DNA from: Octopus vulgaris
Lineage: Eukaryota
Assembly: GCA_951406725.2 (NCBI GenBank)
Contig: OX597820.1
Coordinates: 3,534,001 to 3,598,000 of the forward strand
Direction: 5' to 3'
Length of the DNA: 64,000 nt
Position numbers and translations under genes: made by a program. The notes beneath the pieces are model-generated. The model searched no databases and was not told the origin of the DNA. It was given only the letters and a program-made list of their open reading frames with translations. The stretch's first letter is position 1; every line of letters begins with the position of its first letter. This document shows, piece by piece, positions 39,101-49,652 of the stretch.

Positions 39101-40845
39101 CACGATTTGAAATCGGAACGTAAAGGCTTGCAACTAAATGCTTTTATTGAAGCTAGATATTAAGACAAACCCGATCGTGATCACACTAACTTGTATTGTT
39201 ATTATTATTATTAAAGAAACTACGGCAAAAGCATGTAGGGAAAATTGCAAATAACTTGCAACACAACTATAAGAAATAGGGTCCATTTAAATAGGCGAAC
39301 GGTTTTACTAAAGGGATTATGGACTTACAATAGAAAAACTAGATTTACATTTTGAACACTGAAGTGGAAATGAAAAAGCATCAAAAGTTTAGTCTGGAAT
39401 AACATCCAGAATGGGTGGAAAGGGTTGAGAAATCTTGGTGAAGATCGAGATCCACAAGAAAGGGGGGAGGGTCTGTGTTTTGGTCCCTCCCTGGAATAAA
39501 TAACTGAAATAATTTAGAAATGATCTAATAAACAACATCAGACATAGGAAGTGAAGTGAGCAGAAAAGGGTGTAGGAAGAAGAATGTATGGAGAGAGAAG
39601 ATTAGTTGCAAAAAGAATTAGAATTTATATCCCAGACATGATTAAAAGTATCGATCTAGTTGAAATAAATATGACTTGAGGCGCCAATAAGAGCAACTTG
39701 TACGAGGACGTTCCCTCTGCAGGAAATAGCAGCTAAATCTCCCTTAATTCGTATACCCTACTGTCTTGAGGGGAAAACCACATCGGATAATGCAATCGTA
39801 CATACATATACACTCTGCCTTTTAAAAAATATTCGTGACAGTCACAAATTTTTTGCCTTTCCTCTGGCAAAACAACAACACAAGACAGATGCTCGTCCTT
39901 TTTGCATCGATTCAATGTATTTCAACAAAAGTCGATGCAAACTGGTGGAGTACCTTAAAAGACACAACCAGGAAATAGAGACGGACCTCCTCGATATAAC
40001 GAATCTAGTTTAGCCAAACTAATCTGAAAACTAAGTTTTATTATCGTGAAATGAGATAAGAACATGACACGTCGCCGTCTCCAGTAATTAAAAACTAGGT
40101 CAAGTGAAGAATGTCTGCCAGATGAAGGCTTGAAAAGATGTTGTTCAGCTGGAAATTACTGTTGTTATTTGGCTTCAAGTCAGTCGTTTTACAGTAGTCA
40201 TGGTGAAAGACAGTCCTGCCGTGACCACCAAGTCTTTTTATTTCTTTTCATTTATTTCTTTCCAAACATACTACACCCCGATCTCCATTCAATGTACCCG
40301 TTTACTTTTTGTTTTATATAGGAGTGTCATTAAAAAGATTTATTTGTTGTTTCTAGTAAGGCAAGCGATTAGGGAGTGGCTCCCTTGTTCGCTTATATCA
40401 GTGTCGAGCAATTGTGATTAAATTAGTTAACAGTTAAACTATATTTAAAACAAAAAGACATTTAAAATACGATTATGGAAACTTGGCAGATGCACATTAA
40501 ATGGAAAATTGTTTCATACAAAACTCTGCTAATGAATCATTGACGGGGCAGAAGAATAAATGGAAATAATTTATCAATAAGTTTAAACATTCCGTTTTTA
40601 GAATGGAATCTTTACGAAGACAAGCTTTTTAGAAGTTGATCGCAAAACGAACAAATGTGGAGAACAATCACCAGAGAACTGTACAAGAGGCACTTGTTTG
40701 TTGTTATAAGGATTCTTTTACAAAACAAACTTGATAAACATGAAGTAGAAAGATTAAAAGGTCCACAAGGGTGGAGAGAGACATAAAACAAATGATTATA
40801 TAACAAGAAACATGTGAGAAGAATTATCAAATGGTTTTTACATAC

Positions 40846-41001
40846 CCAATATTGTGAAGGTGAAGAATTTTTAGTTTGGATCCTTTCCCCCAACCGAGAC
40901 TGGACAATGGCCTGCACTGCAATTATTGAAAAACTCCGCAGGAATTTCTCCAAGTCTTTAGACTCCGAACTGCTAATATTTTGGTTGTTTATTCCGTACA
41001 T
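40846..41001 (-). CDS. ATG13: ATG13 coding exon 1 (HORMA N-terminus), 52 codons
   Basis: MYGINNQNISSSESKDLEKFLRSFSIIAVQAIVQSRLGERIQTKNSSPSQYW resembles the human ATG13 N-terminus as recalled ([27 protein letters not shown]...DW). ATG at 41001; donor TGG|GTATGT; phase 0. Confidence 0.93.
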
Positions 41002-41003
41002 GT

Positions 41004-41018
41004 TTACCAATTTGGCAT
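41004..41018 (-). promoter_or_regulatory. Short upstream ORF (MPNW*) ending 2 nt before the ATG13 start codon
   Basis: Minus strand reads ATG CCA AAT TGG TAA AC ATG. Whether it is included in the mature 5'UTR is inferred, not shown. Confidence 0.5.
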
Positions 41019-44000
41019 TAAATGTTTAATACTGGTCACAGTTAGTGGTTCCGTCTCATTCAACAGAGCGAGTGTTAAGAGGAGCAAGGTTTACAAAAAC
41101 AGCCAATTTACAGACAAAATTAAACCTCATAACTTATTCTTCATTGCATAAGACAATTGGTTCCAACAGAAATAATGGAATTATTCCATCATCCTGTCTG
41201 AATACAAGTTTTATCCCCAATAAAAACTTGTCTTATCGAAAGCACCACCAATCTTATTCCAAATAACACAGGTGGAAGTAAACAAGACGTGGCAATTATG
41301 AGAGGAAGATGGAACCAAAGTCCAGGGATTCCATGATATTCTCAGCGTAATTAGTATAAACCTTACTTTGTAATTAAGTCCATAATTCAATTGTAATTAG
41401 CCTTACTGTGTCCCAAGTTGGTAATCCAATTAATTAGAAGACCTGACTTTGTCCCAAGTCCATAATATTTAAAACAAGTCGCAGTGTTTGGGATGGAGAT
41501 GGAATACCCAGAATTCCTGGAAAGAGAGAGAGAGAGAATGTGACGGGGGAGAGAGAAAGAGAGAGAGAAAGTGACGCGAGAGAGAGAAAGTGACGGGAGA
41601 GAGAGAAAGAGTGAAAGAGACGGGGAGAGAGAGAGAGAGAGGGGGAGACCTTTTCAACTTCCGTCAATTCAAACACTTCCGATTGGTGGAGAATGAATCA
41701 AATTAATAAAGAAAGTGTGTAATATCCTGTTGAAATTCATTTAATTATTCAGTAGTCTTCGTCCTCGCCTTGTCTTATAATTCCAGTCATGTCTTGGACG
41801 CTTTATACAAGTATTAAATCGAATTCAATATTTGGCTCGTTTGTCTGGCTTTACGTTCTGAGCTCAAATTCCGCCGAGGTCGACTTTACGTTTCCTCCTT
41901 TCGGGGTCGATGAAATAGAACCTGTTCAACATCGGGGTCGATGTAACCGACTAACCCCCCCTCACCCTAAATTCCAAGCCTTATACCTTTGGTAGAAAGA
42001 AAAATATTTTACTGGTACCTGACTTTACTGTTCTATGAACGGCAAAGTTGACCTTGGCAGAATTTCAACTCAGAGGATTAAGGGCCGAATGCAATCCCCA
42101 AATACCTTTAACGATAAAATTAAACCGAATGATAATTCAGATGGGAAATATATTTTATCACACTGGAAGTTGTTTTTTTTTTCGCTTCGGGTTTTCTGGG
42201 ATATTTATTACATAGCTAACCGACCTTCGTGTACATCGTGGCTGTGGTTGATAATAATTGAAGGAGTTGTTCTCAGGAGTGGTTTAGCCCCTGGTCAGCT
42301 CTAAGTGAGCAGTCCTACGATCAAGGGTATTCAAGGTTCAACGATCTTTTTTCTTTTTCTTGTTTTTTTTCCCCTTTTTTTTTTTTCGGGTAGAGTCCTT
42401 CCTTTTTAAGATATTAGAGTATATTTTAAGCGAGATTTGGCTGCTATTGCTAGCATGTCGGGCGACAGGACAGTGGGAAGAGACAATATAATAAATAAAT
42501 CAATCGACATTCCACTTCTTTCTGTGTAACTGATTTGCTTCTTTATTTCAAAATAACCTGAGCGTTTCGAAATTATTCACGTGCCGTAATCCCGCTGAAA
42601 TTCCACTTTTCGAATGTCACTCATGATATTGATTTCTAACTAGACCGTAAAATGATTGGAGAATAGGTGTGTATTTATATCTGGCCTGCTTTTGTGTTTA
42701 CCAATAATATTTTGCGTATTTGTGTGTTTGCGAAAGAGATAGACAAAACAAAACGTGCGACGAAGGAGAGTTTGCTTGTTGGCAACATGGGGTGCTTCGG
42801 GAGGCCAACCAGCCACGGTCACATCTACCCTAATACACTACAAGCTGCAATAATTGTACCCTATCAATCCTGCATTTGTTACCGTCCTTCTATCTACCTC
42901 TTACTCCCACCTGTCTCTTTATCATTCGTAACCTTCCATCTCTCACCTCTGCCATCACCTGCGCTGATTGCACCTTTGTCCACTCGCCCTTCCACAGATT
43001 TATTTACACAGAAAGCTGATTGACTTCTCCCTACTGTTCTGCCATTCATCACTGTCTCTCTCCTCCGAACCACCTCTATTGCCACCCCTCACTCTCTCTC
43101 TCTCTCTCCGCTATTAATCCCTCCCCGTCCACTTCACCCCCAAATAGCCCGAATTTTTTCCATTATATTCTTGTTCATTGCACTCATTTATACTTTTGCT
43201 GACCTTTGCCCTTACCAATCGCCCTCCTCCCGACTCCACGACCGCAAATACCTTCTTTCCATCATAGTCATGTCCCTTTAAGAATTTGAAAATCAGATTT
43301 TGATGATAAATTGTTTCGGGTTTATTGTCGCCAAAAATATAATTTCATAAAAGTATTTTGTACAACTATATTTAATCAAACTTGAAATATGAGTCCTACA
43401 TGTATATATACGCTCTGTCACTTTTAAACTTCTTCAAGTTGATAATATATTAGTTCTGGGAGAATTCCGAAAGTTTTCTCAGAAATACTATAAAGGCGAC
43501 CGTGAACTTCTGTGTGAAATAAGAAAATGAATTAATTTTTCATTAGTTTTTCTCCCTGCAGTTCGTACAGTCATTGAGAGAATTGTTTCTCGTGTGGTTA
43601 ACTGCTGAAATGACGGACAGTCATGAGAACACACAAGCGACAACCGAGAGATTTTTTTTACTTCTTTTTTGCAATGAATGGCTGTACAAAACAAAAATGC
43701 GCCAAAATATAATTGTACAAAATGACTTGATTAATTGATGTAAAGGATGGGCTTAATATAATAAAACTAATTGTTCTTCGTCTGACTCAAAATTGATTGC
43801 AAATTTTAGCACAAGGTTCGGGGGAGGGGTTAAGTCAATGACATCAACTCCAGTGCTTAGCTGGGACTTGTTTCATTGACCCCGAAACGTTGAAAGGCAA
43901 AGTCGACCTCAGCAGAATTTGAACGCAAGAACAAACGAAACGCCGTCAAGCATTTTGCCCGGCGTTGCTAACGATTCTGCCAGTTCGCTGCTGCTTTACG

Positions 44001-45052
44001 CCTCACTCGACATCTTTAAATCGTCCCGTGCCACTAACTGTAGCAAACTTTTCCCTTGTTCGTCCTGGGGCCATTGATACCATTAAATTCATTTTAAACT
44101 AAATATGGCGATGGAATTGCAATTTCGTTTTTTTTTTTCACGGTGTCCTATAAAACCATGATAAAGATTTGAAATTTGATGCTGCAACCAGAAATCATGG
44201 CAGTCGATCATAAATATGAGCTTCTACTCTTTGTTGATTATCAATTCCATTAATTTTTGTTAAAGGCGGCGAGCTTAGAAGAATCGTTAGCACACCGGAC
44301 AACAATACTTCGCGTCATTTCGTCCGTCTTTACGTACTGAGTTCAAATTCCGCCGGGGTCGATTTTGCCTTTCATCCTTTCGGGGTGGATAAAAGAAACA
44401 CCTGTTGAACACTGGGGTCGATGTGATCGATTTTTCCCGTCCCCTCAAAACTGCTGGCTTCGTACCAAAATTAAAAGGAGTTAATTGCATTTCTGTTTCC
44501 TCAACACTTGAAAATGAGACTAAAACCCAATTTGGAATCTTCAAACCGAGAACATCACCCAAGCAGGGCAGTTAACCATTCTCCTATTGCCATTTACCTC
44601 ACCTGGTCTTCGGCTTCGATGAGTTTTCATAACCAGTAAATTGGCAGCTCCAACCTATGGCTCTGAATTTCTGCATCATTTCAGCCTTTCCGCAGACGTC
44701 TCTTGTCTTATTGATTCTACAGCCAGCCTTACAGAACGGAGTGTCCGCAGTCGGACATCGTCTGGCAGCTTCATTTTTGTTTTTTTAAGTCAACTTCAAA
44801 TCGATTTCTTTGCCAATTACTCGGACATCGTCCGCCTTGTATTTAATAACAAAACGGTAACACAGTTATTCGCCATATTGAAACCCATCGACCACTGGTG
44901 TCTGTTAAACCTAGATGACTACTGATTTTTTTTTGGAAATTTCCGGTCAAGAATTCAATCACATGCTGCAATTCGGGGATCCCAATTCGGCATTATTTGT
45001 CTGTTTTGTAACAACATAGAAAATGACTGCCAAAATCACTCGGTGGTTAATT

Positions 45053-45390
45053 GTATTCCATCAAAGGGGTCGACGCAGAATGCCCAAGATTACCTACAGG
45101 GACAGAACCATAAACACTGAAATCTTGAGAAGAGCCCGTCCGCGCAGTCTGTAGGAAACTGTTGCGGAAAGAAGAGTGAGACTTGCAGGTCATGTTTTTT
45201 TGCGAACGGAATACCCAAAGCAACAATGCAAGAGATAGAACCTGAGGGACGAAGAAGGAGAAGACAGGAGATGAGATGCCATCTTCAAAGAAAGCCTGAA
45301 GCAGCTTAGCATCATCTGGACAGATGCAGGCGAGGATACTCAACATCGGGATTATTGGAGACATCTTCTGCCCACGGGTAGAACGAATGA
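45053..45390 (+). mobile_element. RTE-clade LINE ORF C-terminal remnant
   Basis: VFHQRGRRRMPKITYRDRTINTEILRRA...ETVAERRVRLAGHV; after frameshifts IPKATMQEIEPEGRRRR and FKESLKQLSIIWTDAGEDTQHRDYWRHLL, a canonical RTE-type tail. Confidence 0.8.
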
Positions 45391-45789
45391 CAACTCCCTC
45401 TTACCTTTCATATGCTCCCTAAAAGCTCCATGGCGACTCTTAGCGATCATCAAATGTTTAACAATTTCCCACATTTATCCGATGCCTCATTTACAAGAAC
45501 TTTCATGGTCCGCTGAACTCCGAAATTATGTTTGTCTGAGTTCACAATCAAATTCTCGTCGAACCCGATAACCTACTCAAAACATCGATTAGGACATGCT
45601 TCGGACCTTTTGGGTTTTACGGATGTCCTTCGAACTTTGAATTGCAGTTCCGGCGATTCATTGATAACGTTACATGCCTTACCATTTCTCTCTGTCCACC
45701 TTGATTATCGTTTTGGTCGTTTATTCGTCCGAAGAACATCACAAAGAACGTCTCTGCCTGATTTTTGAACGCTTCTGCACTTTAGTTAC

Positions 45790-46051
45790 ATTATTTACAT
45801 TTGACGGATATTTGTCCTCATCTTGTTTGTTAGTGGTTAAGAGCGCGGGCTACTAACCCCAAGATTCCGAGTTCGTTCCAGGCAGTGACCTGAATAATAA
45901 CAACAACAACAACATCTAAAAATACCTTAGGAATGAGAACCCAGGTTCGAAATTTCCCCAAGACACCTGATGAAGGCTGGAGGGTATATCAGCCGAAACG
46001 TTGTGTTAATAACAAACAAGATGAGGACAAATATCCGTCAAATGTAATAAT
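45790..46051 (+). mobile_element. Short non-autonomous element: inverted terminal repeat + tRNA-like head + hammerhead motif (copy 2)
   Basis: ATTATTTACATTTGACGGATATTTGTCCTCATCTTGTTTGTTA is mirrored at the 3' end. Internal TAGTGGTTAAG...GAGTTCGTTCC A/B-box-like motifs, (AAC)n, then the hammerhead core. Confidence 0.8.
45962..46007 (+). ncRNA. Minimal type-I hammerhead ribozyme motif (Penelope-like)
   Basis: GACAC-CTGATGA-A-GGCTG(loop)CAGCC-GAAA-CG-TT-GTGTT: stem I GACAC/GTGTT, stem II GGCTG/CAGCC, palindromic AACGTT in place of stem III, GUU cleavage triplet. Confidence 0.75.
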
Positions 46052-46906
46052 CACGGGAAGTATCCAAATTCCAGCTCTGGAAGGAAAAGCCTGAAAACGG
46101 GACGATCAAAAGTTATTTTGGTCAGACGGAGGCTACAAGACCGACCCAACCACCTTTAAATGGGAAGAAGCTGGACATATCATGGAGCGCTGCCTTGTCA
46201 ATCCTCTATTGCACAATCCCTGCAGTTCAATAAAAATGTAAAGAAATGGGGAACTGTCACATAACCAATAAACTTTGTAGAATTGGAAGACGATCCCAAC
46301 AAACCTACCGGACCTGATGGCGTTTTTTTTTTCCGTAACTTTGACGCAAGGAACTTCCAAGCCAGCTTCCCGACGATCGCACTTCTCTAAATGTAGCAAA
46401 GCATAAACCATCTTAGTATAGACACGCGATATCGATCCCAATTTATGGACACGATCGATAGTGTGTCCTATCTCCCAAAAGAGAAACTCTTTTAATAAGA
46501 AGTCTGGTCAATAATCAAAACCCGAACTCTTGGCACTTCTGCCGGTTTGTGTTTGTTGTTACTTTAAGTTTAAGCTTAACGACAGACGAGTTTAGTAATT
46601 CAGAGTTAAGCCACCAGTCAATTGCATCAGTTTGACCCCTCTTGATCTTCCGTTCATGACTCATCTTTGTAATGACTGTTTAGTAAATAGATGGAGACAT
46701 GTTGTTTAGTCAGTTCGTGCTTAACATTCGAAAGAGAAACACACATCGGTGGTGACACTTGGCTGTGGTCACCACAACCAGTCAACTACAGCAAACACCA
46801 TCGCCAACCCCGACTCACCCACTTTAGTTTGCTTTTTGTCAAGAAATCGCTATCAGCAAAGCAAAACTTTTTAACACTAGCACACACGCACACACGCACA
46901 CACATA

Positions 46907-46947
<41 letters not shown>

Positions 46948-47031
46948 ACACACATTTCAACCAAACGTTTTCACATAATTACAACGACACACAGTAAGCG
47001 TTGCCTTTAGCACAGAAGTTTTTAATTGTAT

Positions 47032-48452
47032 TCTTTACACAATCTCTATGGGACCGTTGTAGACAAAATAAATATCGGAGCTATTTTCGTCCTCATCTAT
47101 CTCCTTGTTCTACAACAGTAACATTAGCCGTCCAAGAATTTGGACCTGGAGATCTCCATTTCCAGCGACTTCGGGGGCCACCTCCCAGTGGTGTCGGGTG
47201 TCAACGAAGAGCCCTCGACTACAACAAGACGACCACAGTTTTCTTTTTCCCAAGGTCTGGGGTCTCCCGCCCCTAAGCCCTCCCTAGACCATCACCTAAT
47301 CACCCTTACCCGTCTTATTGCTTAACAACAACAACAGCAACATATCAAACTCTAGAAGCTTACATCATTAACCTAAAAGCTGTCATCCCTGATCTTATGG
47401 ACAGCAGACCCAACGCGTTCACGTCCCAACATCTAAAGGATGATGGAAGCAATCATAAAAAAAACCCTCCTTATTATTATCAATGGTTTTCTTGTCTTCC
47501 TATTCATCACCTTGCATGCTCTCCATTAATCCAGATCCACTGGAAACCAGCTGCTTTTTCACATTATACAACAATATTCTCTCACGGTCGAGAATTTTAA
47601 CAAAAGCAATGACATTGTTCCGACACGCCCTTGTTAGGTTTCACAAGCCTTGTCAAGTGTTTTAAGGCGATGTTTAGTCATAAATTCTTCGTTGGTTGTT
47701 CACGATGTTAAATAGGCTGCGTGAGTAGACAAGAATGACCACATTGATATTAATTTGAGCTTTTATAGATATATTTTGTTAACCCATATCGTTTATATTT
47801 ACATGTGTACGAGAGTATTGTAGTTCGCTTGAAGCATTGTGCATTGTTTGTAAAGAATAAAGTGTTTTGAATGGCACAACAATGCACCATAATAACAACA
47901 ATGGACAATAATAACTGTTGTAATTCAATCATACATAGTCTGATATAATATTGTGGAATATAAAAATTTCTTCTTCTGATATCCGTAGGAATTGATCGAG
48001 TCACTGCTACAATTGGTTTCCGGTGGATCTGGATTTATGGAGAGCATGCAAGGTGATGTATAGGAAGACAAGAAAACTATTGATAATAATAAGGAGGGTT
48101 TTTTTATGACTGCTTCCATTATTTATTAGATGTTGGGACGTGAACTCGTTGGGTCTGCTGTTCATAAGATCAGGGATGACAGCATTTAGGTTAATGACGT
48201 AAGCGTTTGTAGTACAAGGAGCAAGATGAGGACGAAAATAGCTGCGATATTTATTTTGTCTACAACGGTCCCATAGAGATTGTGTAAAGAAAACCGATTA
48301 TAGCAGCGACTCCATCAATTCCTAGAGATATCTGAAGAAGGAATTTTTGTATTCCGAAATATTATATCAGACTATGGATGGTTGAATTACAAGAGTCCAT
48401 TGTTGTTTTTATGGTGCATTGTTGGTGCCATTCAAAGCACTTTATTCTTTAC
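47032..48452. repeat. Interleaved inverted repeats A-B-A'-B'
   Basis: A (47032-47115 plus 47357-47550) is the reverse complement of A' (~48010-48291). B (~47850-48009) is the reverse complement of B' (~48301-48452). Arms are diverged by substitutions and small indels. Confidence 0.9.
48327..48368 (+). ncRNA. Minimal hammerhead motif in the intergenic inverted-repeat structure
   Basis: GATAT-CTGAAGA-A-GGAAT-TTTTGT-ATTCC-GAAA-TA-TT-ATATC: perfect 5-bp stems I and II and an AATATT palindrome. A decayed inverted copy lies at ~47942-47985. Confidence 0.72.
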
Positions 48453-49614
48453 ATGTGTACATATATATCTTTGATTTAATGGAACAACGTTCATGAAACA
48501 AGGAACATAATGGTTAGTAAGGAATCTTCTGTATTCCACAAGCTAGATAATAGGAAAGTAGTTTAATGCTACTGAAAATGAGACTAGTCGAAAAAAGCTG
48601 GAGCTACTGTATGTAACCAATATATGTTATTCGAGACTACAATTAAAGGTCAATGCTTTTTGTTGAACACGACTTACGCATCTTAAATAAACCAAAGTGA
48701 AAGAGGGTGAGAAACCGACTCACTTTGCAAAGTGATATAGTAATGTCTGGACGGTTGAGTGGCTCGAATCTGGAGTTGAATTTGTCAACTTTTTATAAGT
48801 GTAAGCCAAATTTTCCAGAACCTTCGATCGAGCTAAATAGTTCGCTCGAGGGAAAACTTGCACACTTTCTTTGAAGTTCGTCGCATCGAGCATAACATGT
48901 CATCCATGATGATTGGTCAAGCCAATTATGCGAAGGCATTAATGTTTTTTTTTATGGCGATATGATAAGTCGTGGTCTTGATCTGGGAAAATCTGAGAGT
49001 GATGGTTCAAAACTCAGCAGGCGCCTTCCTGTTGATTAAAACATTCTAAGAATATGCAATCTTCTACTGTTACTTAGTGATTATTCATATATTTTTGCGA
49101 TCTTTGACTTTACATTACACTGGCTTTCGTGAAAGCAAAATAATTTTATTATATAAATCTTTTATCAAGACCGTAAATTATTTTAAATATCTTCTCATTT
49201 TTGGTTCCACTTTTCTCAAACGATCTATTGTTTCCAGGAAATTAAGATTTGTTTGTTTGTTTATTTTATTATTTTTAAATAAAAAAAAGAAGGAAACTTG
49301 TCGTTGTCCATTTTATGAGTCTTCATCGTTGAGTAAAAAAATGTTGTTGATATGAATTTCTTGCATTTTGTGTTATATTTACAGTTGTTGTTGGTGTATT
49401 TCCTCTGAAGTCTTTTCGCTTGTGTTATGTGTTGTTGTTATTTTTTGTTTGGTGAAATGAAACAGAAAATTCGGCGACGGAACAGCTGTAATCCAATATT
49501 TAAGGAATCAAGCACGGCACTAAATTCGAAAGAACTCACAACATAATTTTACTTCACGTTGGAGTCTCATGAAATGAGCAAACAATCCGGCGTTGGTTTG
49601 TTTGCTTGTTTGAT

Positions 49615-49652
<38 letters not shown>

